Assembly: GCF_011745625.1 (NCBI RefSeq)
Contig: NW_027191470.1
Span: 248,001 to 312,000, forward strand
Source: Cladosporium halotolerans
Taxonomy: Eukaryota
Direction of reading: 5' to 3'
Length of the DNA: 64,000 bases
Positions 10,736-20,903 of this stretch are shown here, piece after piece. Numbering within the stretch: position 1 is the first letter of the stretch; each line of letters starts with the position of its first letter. The notes under the pieces are model-generated. The model saw nothing but the letters and a program-made list of their open reading frames with translations. It was not told the DNA's origin and did not search any database. The position numbers and the translations under genes are program-made.

Positions 10736-12162
10736 CTATACGTGCCTGTTCGCTGGAGGTGCTCGCATCGTGAGACTATCCTCTAGTTGACGTTGCTTGT
10801 AGGCTTCTACAGCACGTCAGCATCGATCAGCATCGCGGCGTTACGCCATCTCTTCAACCTCGACAGGCGTACCATAGATGGCTTCCAAGATAGTCGACAG
10901 GGGGATCAGCAACAGAAAGATCGGCACAGCTTGCCCAAAACCCCATCCATCCTCATTACCCACTCTGCCATTTCGGCCAGCATAGTCTCTCAGCACGAAA
11001 ATTGTCTGTATGCTCGTAATTAGAAGGAGCCAGATCCGTTGAAGATCGAGTACTTCGGAATTGAGAACCTCGCACAACGTGAATATCACTGCAGCCATCA
11101 AGAAACAGCTCCACTCAAAGATTGACCACAGAATGGTTGCCAACTCTGTTTTCGCCAAAGCTCGCTTCCGTGCGCTAGCAAAATACGCTGTGCGAGGGAG
11201 CAATATGGCCTTGAGAAAGTAGATGTTTGCCGCCCGTACGAATGCATTGTCGAAAGCCCAGGAAGATAGCTTTGGGAAATAGTCATCGACTGTGACTATA
11301 ATAGCCCATGTGTAGAGAAACAATGAGGTCCCCATTACGGCAGACTGCGGCGTGTTGGATCGAATATTGCCATTGATGCTGTTCCAGATGCACTGGACAG
11401 GAAGGCCGTAGCTGACGAGCCAGTATTGGTGTCCCGAAGGAATTTGGGCTACCAGTGCCATCATCATGAAGCAAATGACGGCAATCGCTTTGTAGGCTTG
11501 CATGTTCACGCTATGATGCGTCGTTCTATGTCGAAGAACATTGGCGACAGAGTCATGCACGACTACTGTCAAAGTCGCAAGGTTCGAAACGAGAGCAAAA
11601 TGATACTCTGTCATTGTCCCCGTCTTCGCGTAGCCGACGGTGATGATGGCGAGTCCCGTGATGATTTGCTGGTCCGTCAATATCACCAATATCGGAAATA
11701 GCGAGTCGCCTTGTACCAGCACTTGCCACATCCGATGCAGCTTCCCGTCATTTGTGATTAGCCGGGCGATGGGAGTGAAAAGCCAGGTACAAGCTCGCCG
11801 GACCTCAGTGGTAATTGTGCGATCAAGTTTGCCAAGGGGCGCACGTTTGTCGGATTGCAGTGCAAAGAAGTAGGTGTACAAGACCATGAGATGGGTTGTG
11901 CAGGCTGTGATGATGAACGAGAGAAGGATCTGTGAGGGAGCTTGGTCAATAGTCAATCAGCGTTGACGTCGGCGAAGACAGCAACGTACCCCTATGCCAG
12001 CCTGAGGAATAGGGCGGTTAGTATGGAGGATGTCTGGTAGTTGTGCGAGGGCTGAAGACGCACAATGTCCGGGTCGGCTTCAAACAGGCACAGAGAGTCG
12101 AGCCCGTCGGAGCAAGAGCAGCCCTGAAGTACTACCTGGCGGCCTTCGAGCGAGGTTGCCAT
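10736..12162 (-). CDS. Multi-pass fungal membrane protein of unknown function (DPDIAGIG...DQQIITG...WGFGQ type); 4 exons including a 12-nt microexon
   Basis: Exons 12162-12064, 12001-11990 (AGIG), 11929-~10872 and ~10806-10736, with GT/AG ends and branch points; many hydrophobic helices. The last exon is less certain. Confidence 0.7.
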
Positions 12163-12950
12163 CTTGAAAGGTCCTGAACTCAGGAAGCTGTGACCGGGTT
12201 CGATCCAGTGGCATTGAGACGCGAACCGCGCAGGTGGCTAAGGTAGCTGGTGTACATCTGTTGGCGCGTGCTTTCAGCGTTGGCCTCCAGAGATCTGCAG
12301 AGGCAAGCGGCAACTCCACTTTGGACATCCACCAACTATACTGTTCGAATATGTGACGGAGATCCTGTGACGCCTGTGAACTGATGATACGAGTTGCGTT
12401 CAGCTAGGGTCGCAGCTGACAAATAAGGTTCAAGGAACCGAAGTCGTGCGTTCAGCTTCCGACCTCACCTCTGATCTGTAGGCCATGGGAGACTCCGACG
12501 CGTTTTGGAAGAACTGGTGTTTCAAGCTCTCCGCGTAGCAATTCGGTCTTACTAGCTGGGAAAAAGGTATCATGTCGAAAGTTCATTAATTTGAGGAAAT
12601 TGGAGACATCCAGAGATCAAAATTCCGTTATAAATCTCGTAGACCTTGATTTTTCGGATAACGACCGCCGCATCGCTATGAAACCAAGACCTTGGACCGA
12701 ATTTGCACGCAATTCCTGCATCCTTCCATCGTGACAATTTAGAAGCTGCTCGTTGGGGCACATTTGCTCATTCACTTTTGCCCAACGCCATCAACACTCA
12801 TCTTCAAAGGGTCAAGCCCACAACGCATGCGTCCGGGAAAATCAAGCAGAGCACAATCCCACTTTTGCTGGTCGACCCGTCTGATAGACTGGGGATGCCA
12901 GCCTCCCTCTCCCCGTACAGCATTGTTCTGCATTTAGGATGTAACGGGCT

Positions 12951-14924
12951 TCACCCAGTCAAGGCGGCACCCATTTGTCCCCAGCCATCTCCTTCCTCTT
13001 CTGGTCCTGACCCTTTTCCGCCGGCAGATTGACTCCAAGCCTTCTCGACATTGGCCCATGTCCACTTCGATTTCTCCCTCCAACCCTCAATCTTCTCCTC
13101 ACCAGCGTCTTCTGCCAACTGTAGAACATCCCAGCATCGACTGTCCTGGACCTTTGCCAGTTGCGTGGCCAATTTCGACACAGTGCCAAACCGCGGCATC
13201 AACCCAAGAGGCTGCATTTCCATGAAATGCTGGGTGGCCCAGTCTAGAAGCATCTTCACGCGAGCTGTGCCATCGGTCTCCCCACCTGCATCTGGCGCAG
13301 AGGCAGCGGGACGAGCGTGATGCTCACTTGCAAGAGTGTAAACCAAGATAAGGCGATCATAGGTCAACGAGTTCGGCTCGACACGTAGTGCTCGCATTTC
13401 GCCCGCCAGGAAAGAAGCCTGCGCCTCGTCAGGTGGATTCTCGGTGCGGCAACCCTTCAGGAGAAGATTGAAAGTATCAACGTTGGCAAGTGTCTTCGGT
13501 GCGCCGGATGTCTGCGGCGCGAAAGTGTGAATCTGCTTGTAAACTCTGAGTGCTTCCACCAGGTTCTTCTGATAGATCCATGACTCAATGAGTGCATTGA
13601 AAGCCGCGATCGGGACGCCGCGACCCTCTTCGTGAAGGACCCGCAATTGTGCAAAAGCGGCATGTGTAAGATCTGGCGAATTGCGAATACACAGAAACAG
13701 TGATCGCGTTTGCCAAACAGTAGGCTGCAGCTTTTCTGCAGGCATTAAGGTAAGTATACTGAGGGCTCGAATGACATCTGGCGGCGAGGCATTAAGATAA
13801 GCGTCGATAAGGAGCTGGTAATGCAGGGGTTTGAAGACCTCGCCGCGTTTGGAAAGTTGCGTAAAGACCGCCGTGGCTAGCGAAGTATCGCCGCCCCGTG
13901 ATGCAGTCGACAGCACGTTTAAACAGGTGCCACTGCTGGGGTTTATGTAGCCCAAGTTGACCTGAGTCTTCCAAGCCAAGGAAGTCGCATCCAGGTGGTT
14001 GGCGGCGCTGGCTTTTTCGAGGACGTGATGCCATAAGGATCGACTCATGTTGAGCTCGCCGTTCACGTGACGAGCATTCATGATGCTGTATGCTTCTCCG
14101 AGCTCACCAGCTTCACAGAGCATATAGACAAACATGTCCAAGAGCCAGCTTTGTGTGACCATCTGGCGTATTCCCATGCCATCCAGCCTCTCCAAAGCCT
14201 GCTCGAACAGGCCCTCCCTTAATAGACCAGCCGTAATATCATGCTCACCGTCCTCGGACACAGCTATCCACTTTGACCGCATATATTCCAGCAAATCCGT
14301 CCGCAGAAGGTGGTCTGGGTGCACCGCCAGGACCTTGAGAACTGCATGACACGTCGCAGAATCGAGTTTGAAGCCGCTTTGTAGCATCTCTTCCAGCAAA
14401 TCGGTCACTCTCCAGGCCGACCCTGGGTCTGTAGAGATGTTGGCCAGTATGAGTGCATTGTAGTGTTCCAGACTAGGCCTTTCTCTCCTCTCCTTAACCA
14501 AGAACTCCACCACTTCGCGGACTAGCTTGTGCTGTCCTTTTCTCGCAGCGAGCCTCATTTTACTGTATAGCGAGCTTGTCGACTCTGCAGAAAATCCCAC
14601 CGCAGCGGGTTGCTGACCCTTGCTTTTGCTTTGCGCCCAGTTCCGTCCAAGATTCTCTTGTTCATTGCCTCGCATAGGCTGGTCAGAGGGAGGGCTGGAG
14701 ATCGCATCGAGGGGTTGATTCGTAGGTTCCAGAGGGTTTAAAATGGGAGGTTGCTCTGCCAGCCTCAACCTCCCCGAGGCAGAGTACGCTCGACGAGTTG
14801 GGGCATTGAGACATCGTGGTATTTTACGGGCGGTTGATAACCTAATCGGTGCTTTTGATATCGTTGTCGCATTCCAGCTGGGACATAGACATGCCCAAAG
14901 TTCGTCAATGGCAATCCTAGACAT
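12951..14924 (-). CDS. Pentatricopeptide repeat (PPR) protein, probably mitochondrial
   Basis: 657-aa ORF; PPR-like repeats (PSLEHYNALILAN, AAFNALIESW, NVDTFNLLLKGC, PNSLTYDRLILVY); Arg-rich presequence-like N-terminus. Confidence 0.85.
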   Translation of the reverse strand: MSRIAIDELWACLCPSWNATTISKAPIRLSTARKIPRCLNAPTRRAYSASGRLRLAEQPPILNPLEPTNQPLDAISSPPSDQPMRGNEQENLGRNWAQSKSKGQQPAAVGFSAESTSSLYSKMRLAARKGQHKLVREVVEFLVKERRERPSLEHYNALILANISTDPGSAWRVTDLLEEMLQSGFKLDSATCHAVLKVLAVHPDHLLRTDLLEYMRSKWIAVSEDGEHDITAGLLREGLFEQALERLDGMGIRQMVTQSWLLDMFVYMLCEAGELGEAYSIMNARHVNGELNMSRSLWHHVLEKASAANHLDATSLAWKTQVNLGYINPSSGTCLNVLSTASRGGDTSLATAVFTQLSKRGEVFKPLHYQLLIDAYLNASPPDVIRALSILTLMPAEKLQPTVWQTRSLFLCIRNSPDLTHAAFAQLRVLHEEGRGVPIAAFNALIESWIYQKNLVEALRVYKQIHTFAPQTSGAPKTLANVDTFNLLLKGCRTENPPDEAQASFLAGEMRALRVEPNSLTYDRLILVYTLASEHHARPAASAPDAGGETDGTARVKMLLDWATQHFMEMQPLGLMPRFGTVSKLATQLAKVQDSRCWDVLQLAEDAGEEKIEGWREKSKWTWANVEKAWSQSAGGKGSGPEEEGDGWGQMGAALTG

Positions 14925-15064
14925 TCTTCTGCGTTGGTGTCGCAGTACAAATGTTGCGCGTCTTCGCGAATACCAAATGGAGAAGTCGGCGATCTCACTC
15001 CCGATGCGCGGGCGAAAAATGTTGCAAGCAATATATTATTTTTATGCTTCCCATTTATCACCAA

Positions 15065-15159
15065 GCATTGGTGGTTTAGTGGTAAAATTGGCCGTTGCCA
15101 TCTGAAGCTTCTCAGCTCCGAATGTCGGCCAGCCCCGGGTTCGATTCCCGGCCGATGCA
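15065..15159 (+). tRNA. tRNA-Gly(GCC) with a 24-nt intron (15101-15124)
   Basis: Acceptor stem GCATTGG/CCGATGC, A box TGGTTTAGTGG, anticodon stem GGCCG/CGGCC with TT-GCC-A, T arm CCGGG-TTCGATT-CCCGG; 71 nt when spliced; followed by a T6 terminator. Confidence 0.95.
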
Positions 15160-15363
15160 TTTTTGCTGACTTGGCAGGTCCCGGTGCTTGCGCAATCCTT
15201 CTGCACTGAGGGGCGCACATGAGTATGTTGCAAGGAGACCGGGAGAAACGCTTAGCCCGAGTCGTGTTATTTTTCATTGTCGGTCATACAAAATACATAC
15301 ATGTGATAACACGAGGCCACTGGAGGGGGCGATTCTTCCGATACAAATACTACCCTATCAACA

Positions 15364-18300
15364 TCATTGACCTCGACTGCTGGTGGGCCTGTCTCTGCCT
15401 CTTCTCTCCCTTTTGAAACATCCGAACTCGCCCTTAGTGCCCTCTCTCAGCTTCTTTAGCACGGCCCTCATCTCAGGTAGCTCGCCCTCCAACCTAGTCC
15501 TGGCGTCATTGTCCGTCCTCTCATCCAGAGCTAGATAGACCTGGCTTTGCACCTCACTGGCGCGATCTGTGGTATAATTGTTCAAAGTCTGAGCCATGAA
15601 TTCCACATCCAGCGTGGCTTGCATGAGAGCCGGAAGCGTGTACCGTGGGCGTTGCTTAAACGCCGCAATCAACGCCAGACTGCTTTGCTCCAGAAGATAA
15701 GAGAGAATCTGGTTCGTGAGAGATGACGCTGTTGTGCTGACTTCGCTGTGGACAAGCACCAACTCAAGTAGAACGTCATAAACGTACGGTTGGGCGTCAG
15801 TAGGGCGACCGGATGCAGGCGCCCAAGCTTTGGAGGTGATTCCTGCGGTGATTGTGGTCTGAAGGGAGTCGACGATGGGTTTGACATAAGATTGGAACAG
15901 CCGCGCATCAATCTGGGAGAGGACGTCGCGGATGGTCTTGCTTTCATCCGTGAGCTTGACAGAGAAGGATGACTCAAACTGTGAAATGAGTTGAGGGATG
16001 ATCTCAGAGCGCAGGTGCGCGAGGTTAGAGAGCGTAATTAGGCGACGGACATTCTGAATATAGTCAGTAGGTGGCCCTTCACAACGATGGCCAATGGCAT
16101 CTCTTACCTGGTCTCGGAAGTTGACCAAGACGGTCTCCCCATCGCCACGACCCCCTGCACCCGAAACTAACGTGATGCCGTCGGGATCGTCCTGTCCAGC
16201 ATCATCTAATGTACGTCTCTCGGCATTCTCCACCATGCCACTGAGAGCCTTGTAAAGGCTGGTGACGAAGCAGCCTCTAATTGTTTGCAAAAGCTTCGCG
16301 CTTGGAGGCACGACGACCTCCTCACCTCGCCCTCCAACGCTGGCGGCTTCGGAGATGTATGCAATCTTTTGCATGCCACCGAGGACTTTCTCTTCGAAAG
16401 CAATGAATGTACCTGGCATTGTGGTCAAATCCCGCCTGTCGGGATGTCGCTGCCACATCTCCATATACTTGCACCGTTCAGCATCTGGAACCCAGGCCGC
16501 ACAAACAGCTGCTACACTTCGCTCCCTCACAGCACCAACAAGCGTCTTGAGACTTTCGGTGCCGGACCGCATTGTATTGACGACGCTCAGATTGGCCAGC
16601 TCGCTAGCGGCAGTCCCGACTAGTACAAGGATGCGGCCAAGGTAATGGGCGCCACTCAAAGAATTTCCACCCGGAGGCCAGAAAGCGAACTTCTCCCAAG
16701 CATCTCCCTTGCTTGGATTCAGCGAAGGCACGTTGCTGGGATCAAAGCTAAAGTTTCTGGTAGCACTCGGCGTGCTAGCAGATCCCGGGGTGATAGGAGT
16801 TGGCGGTATTGGTGAATACAGATCAGATAGATCCTGCACAGGTGCGTCTGAGAAGAATGCGAAGGTGCTTTCCCGGAATTGGATGACTAGCTCTTGTGCA
16901 CCAGAACGAAGATTCGCGACATCATCCGGCTCCAGCTCGAGATGCTCAAGACCGGCCGCGAAAACTGCGGTCGGGAATGATCTTTGAGCTTTGTTGTCAA
17001 TGAAGGACTGTGTCGTTTCCCAGAGCTCGATAACTTCACCCAGTAGCCCATTGGTGGGCGAGAGCAGTGCGTTCATCGAGGCCAAAACCTTCTCCCAAAA
17101 CGCAACAACTTTTGTTGAATCGATATCCTTGTTACCTTCTCGTAGAAGACGGACAGACCCTGCGTCCGTTGCTGAGCGTAAATATTTCGCTAGAACCTTA
17201 GGATCAGTGATGGCGTTGTTCGCAAGCTGTCTGCGCTGGATTTCAATCTCGATTCGTATCCTCTCAAAAGATCGGGCGATCCTGTCTTTCAAATAGAGCG
17301 AGCGACTGTTGAGCCAATGCCAGATGGGGTTCTCGTCCACGCCGAGTTGAAGCAAGATGCCTATCAGCTCCATGTGGGATTCTTTATCGGTCTCATCAGA
17401 AATAGCTGCGGGTTTCCGGCCATGTGAAGTTTTGAGGCGCTTCCAAACGTCGCGTTTGTAAATCTCGATCTGGGCGGAAACATCGTGCCACATGCGGGCA
17501 GTGAGGATGATCTGGTACACGTCTCCCTCGGATAGAGTGACATTGCTTTCTTGAGCATACTCAGCAGCGCCTCGGGCTTCTTCCGCGTACTTATTCGCTT
17601 TCTTCCAATCTGCGATAATGGTGTCGAAATCGTTCTTCCTAACAGCCTCATGCACGCTGCCGCCTAGCCTGAAGATCTCCCGATGTTGATCCAGTGAAGT
17701 CAAAATACTCTTGAGACTCTCCTCCTTGTCTCTTCCACCCAACGCAGGGCCCCAGACTTCTTCCGCTCTAATTGCGAGCTCCAGCAATGGCATCTTGATT
17801 CCCTGCACGCCATACTCGCTCTCCTTGGTGAGCGCATTCTTCTTCTTGTCGGCAGATGCTGGTCTGTTCGCAGGACTGAACGGGTTGCTGGAGTTCCTGA
17901 AATGACTCTTACTCGTCTGTCGTGAATGAGGTCCTCTGCCAGCAGTTGAGAGACGCTGATCCTCGAGCGGATCAGCACCCTGCGTGCGCATCTCGGTGTA
18001 AACATTATCAATCGTAGCCTTTGCGCGCACGAACTTCTCAAAATTGCTCTCGACCAGCACCTTCAGCGAAGCACTCTTCTGCTCGATGCTCCTGCTCAAA
18101 AAGTCCAGACCCTGCAGTAGCTGCTCCGTGCTTGCATTCTGGTGAACTTGCGACAAGAACATCTGAGGGGAGAAGCTGGTACTCGAGAGCATGAAGCGAT
18201 TCCGCAATTTGACGTTATCCTCCACAGGCAGCCCTCTTCGCTTGAGCTCCGTAGCAACACTCGGCGCCATGCCTAGCGGATCCGCTTCATCTTTCTGTAC

Positions 18301-18576
18301 CAGGCTGTCCTCCCCACTAGCCGTCTTTTGCGTCCCCGACAAGCTGGACCGTATACTCGCATGGCGGTCTATGTTCTTGTACGTGCTCGAGAGCTTTCTT
18401 GACTTGGTGGAGGCATTTGTTTTCTGGCGCCCGGGCAAGCCATTGGCGACGGCGTCTTCGTCCGAGTCGGTGTCCTCCTCATCGTCGTCGTCCTGATGCG
18501 GCCATTCCGAGGGATACAGGCTGGTAAGATGATATTTGTTGAGAAGCTCGCGCTCCTTGTCCGCAGTTATAGGCAT
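15364..18576 (-). CDS. SEC5: Exocyst complex component Sec5 (EXOC2); one 54-nt intron (16107-16054)
   Basis: FSPQMFLSQVHQNAS, LKVLVESNFEKFVRAKATID, LMQATLDVEFMAQTL; start MPITADKE (accATG). Confidence 0.9.
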   Translation of the reverse strand: MPITADKERELLNKYHLTSLYPSEWPHQDDDDEEDTDSDEDAVANGLPGRQKTNASTKSRKLSSTYKNIDRHASIRSSLSGTQKTASGEDSLVQKDEADPLGMAPSVATELKRRGLPVEDNVKLRNRFMLSSTSFSPQMFLSQVHQNASTEQLLQGLDFLSRSIEQKSASLKVLVESNFEKFVRAKATIDNVYTEMRTQGADPLEDQRLSTAGRGPHSRQTSKSHFRNSSNPFSPANRPASADKKKNALTKESEYGVQGIKMPLLELAIRAEEVWGPALGGRDKEESLKSILTSLDQHREIFRLGGSVHEAVRKNDFDTIIADWKKANKYAEEARGAAEYAQESNVTLSEGDVYQIILTARMWHDVSAQIEIYKRDVWKRLKTSHGRKPAAISDETDKESHMELIGILLQLGVDENPIWHWLNSRSLYLKDRIARSFERIRIEIEIQRRQLANNAITDPKVLAKYLRSATDAGSVRLLREGNKDIDSTKVVAFWEKVLASMNALLSPTNGLLGEVIELWETTQSFIDNKAQRSFPTAVFAAGLEHLELEPDDVANLRSGAQELVIQFRESTFAFFSDAPVQDLSDLYSPIPPTPITPGSASTPSATRNFSFDPSNVPSLNPSKGDAWEKFAFWPPGGNSLSGAHYLGRILVLVGTAASELANLSVVNTMRSGTESLKTLVGAVRERSVAAVCAAWVPDAERCKYMEMWQRHPDRRDLTTMPGTFIAFEEKVLGGMQKIAYISEAASVGGRGEEVVVPPSAKLLQTIRGCFVTSLYKALSGMVENAERRTLDDAGQDDPDGITLVSGAGGRGDGETVLVNFRDQVRDAIGHRCEGPPTDYIQNVRRLITLSNLAHLRSEIIPQLISQFESSFSVKLTDESKTIRDVLSQIDARLFQSYVKPIVDSLQTTITAGITSKAWAPASGRPTDAQPYVYDVLLELVLVHSEVSTTASSLTNQILSYLLEQSSLALIAAFKQRPRYTLPALMQATLDVEFMAQTLNNYTTDRASEVQSQVYLALDERTDNDARTRLEGELPEMRAVLKKLREGTKGEFGCFKRERRGRDRPTSSRGQ

Positions 18577-19525
18577 GGTTGCGCGCGAAGAGCCGCGCAG
18601 GCGCGATCCAGTAGAGTATGGTGGGCGTGGTGGGACACCTAGCCAAAGTTCAATGATACGCGAGACATGCCTGGGGTCATCCGGGGACAAGGTGGGCCCA
18701 GCTGCAGCTGCCCGCTGCGCAGAGCCTCATGGCTTCGGACTTCATGTGTTGACTCCATTTCCGAACTGCACTTCAACAAATGACATGTGGAAATCAAGAG
18801 CCACTTAGTAGTGCCAGTGTGACCAAAAGTGCTTTGAAGTCTATACAAAGCCGATAAACTTGATCGACGAAGTTCCTGCTACCTATTACACGAAACCAAT
18901 CGAAAGCTCGTGAAATACATCGGGCTAAAATGTGGCAAGGCATATAGATGGCTGTACCTTTTGAGGGCATTGGTATTTGAATATGTTGCTTCGCAAGTGT
19001 GTTTGATTGAAACGGAAAATGCAAGTGAAACAGACGGGGCGATACGACCTTGAGTTAGTTAGCTTCACTCGAACATCCACCCTCATGTTACGTCTTTGCC
19101 TGCGGACGCATTACCTGCGAGTAATAGTCGCAGTCTAGAGTAGCCCTCACCAAAACGAAAGGGGCACGAAAGATCGGCAACTTGCTTTGATCAATACCAG
19201 ATCTTCGTTGAAGTACCTTCGCTCCCAAGGCTTAGTGAAGTGATGGCGGCCAAGATTGACACAACTGATGAGGGAGACGTTTACCTTGAGAAAGAAGCTT
19301 TGGACCACACTTGATCGAAGCCGTTCTAAACCTGAAGATTAGAATACTAAGTTGCGCCCGTTGACCCAGAGTACTATGCGCAGATTACCACAATGAGCTA
19401 AGACGATCCGGTCAGTTTGTACCAATCGTCAAACCAAGCAAACACCCCTCAAGTCCACCTCACTGCCCTTCCCTGCGCCCAGCCTACATATGCCATGTTG
19501 CACCACTGCTGCCGTTCTACGGAAC

Positions 19526-19681
19526 GGGACCCCCCTCGAACCGGCCCTAACCAGGTCGGCGTAGTTTAGTGGTTAGAACGTTGCAAACCGAGCTGAGCGA
19601 TCTCTTTGCTCCTAAGAGTCTAGGGTTGTAGAGACGCGGGTTCGAATCCTGTGATCGAGGTAAGAGGTCCCCCTTTTTTTT
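19526..19681 (+). ncRNA. tRNA-like putative Pol III RNA, pseudo-tRNA or SINE head
   Basis: A box TAGTTTAGTGG (19562), D arm, B box/T arm GCGGG-TTCGAAT-CCTGT, oligo-T terminator 19674-19681. It has no canonical anticodon loop or acceptor stem. Confidence 0.6.
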
Positions 19682-20178
19682 GCAACTTTGTTTGCAAGAT
19701 TGTGTTGTCCATCTGTCTAAAGCAGAGAGTTGCCCTCTCCTGCAAGGTACCAGTGAGGATCTCTAGAGTTTTTTTTCGTGAGTATTGTTGTTGTGGTACT
19801 TGCAGCATGCCGGCTGTCGTCGCATAGCAACGCTCGGGTATGCTTGATGGTGGACAGCTCGGTCGCTAATTGTTCGCCTGCCCTGCTACTCAATCAGTAG
19901 AAGAACACAAGCCCTCCTGTGCCATGCGGCAGGGAAGAGCCGATGCTGCGTGGTTGTCAGTCGTATGACCAAGACAACCAAAGAATGACAATTGCCTGTG
20001 TTCCTGACGGACTCCGAGATATCCAAAGCAAGCACCACCAATGAAGCGGCCGTGTAAAGGGGTGGATGTAATCCATTCGCTTCTTAGCATATTTACAGAT
20101 GTCTTTACCACAGTCGCGTCGCGCGCTGCGTGTCCCATGAACGCCGTTATTCCACATCGAATCCTTCGCGATCTCGAT

Positions 20179-20587
20179 CTACGAGGATCCCTCGCCAGCC
20201 GCCTTCTGCGCCGCCTCGTGCTCCTTGATCTGCCTGGACCAGTATCTCGAAGGGGCGAACCTGTCAGGCTGTTTCCAATGCAATCAGTACATAGCACACT
20301 CTATCAATCCTCAGGCCGGCCCTCGACTCAATGCACACATACCTCGGGGATCTTGTACCTGTGCTCCCTGTCCGCGCTCACGCTCCAGGCCATGGCTGTG
20401 ACTCCGACGATAACACCAATCATGACGGCGGTGTTTGCGCGCCAGTTCTTGGGCTGGGCGTACCAACCACCGGCCGGGGACCAGACGTGCTTCGGGTACC
20501 TGTAGTCGCGATGTCGTCAGCCATTGGTATTCCGTGCGCTCTTCAGAATAGCTGCTACACATACGGGACCTTGGCGCCGCCGCCCAT
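20179..20587 (-). CDS. Small mitochondrial membrane protein, NUUM-like accessory subunit of respiratory complex I; 3 exons (20587-20565, 20499-20343, 20268-20179)
   Basis: Spliced product MGGGAKVPYPKHVWSPAGGWYAQPKNWRANTAVMIGVIVGVTAMAW...PDRFAPSRYWSRQIKE; both introns GTATGT..CAG. The NUUM resemblance is recalled from memory. Confidence 0.75.
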
Positions 20588-20903
20588 GAGTGCTTGTGTA
20601 GGCTTCATTGTTGTTGTGAGTTGTGCTGTGCTTGCGCCGGGAGCTGCCAATCATCTGGCTGTATTAGTGGAGGTGAGGTTGGAGGGCGAAGTGCGGGCCA
20701 CGGAGGTGCTGGCTGGATGCGGCCTAGCGCATTCTCTGTGTCGTGTGCATAGCTTCGCAGCGGGCGATTTTCCCAAGTTGCGGAGCGCATAGGGAAAGGG
20801 ACCACGGAACGACTGCATTGCGACAACACTCGTTTGCCGAAGACACCAGTAGCCATCGACCGACACGCACGCGCCCGCTGCGTGTGCCTGGAGACTGTGC
20901 TGG

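Noticed and set aside
19099..19139. Hairpin followed by CTAG as a Helitron 3' end
   Set aside because: The stem is imperfect, the spacing to CTAG is wrong, and there is no Rep/helicase remnant or second copy.
19545..19552. CCCTAACC as a telomerase RNA template
   Set aside because: Only 8 nt and partly sequestered in a hairpin. Known filamentous-ascomycete telomerase RNAs are large Pol II transcripts, and no pseudoknot is evident.
19554..19660. Standard tRNA-Arg(CCG) with intron
   Set aside because: Positions 32-33 would be AA (no U33) and the canonical acceptor stem has three mismatches.
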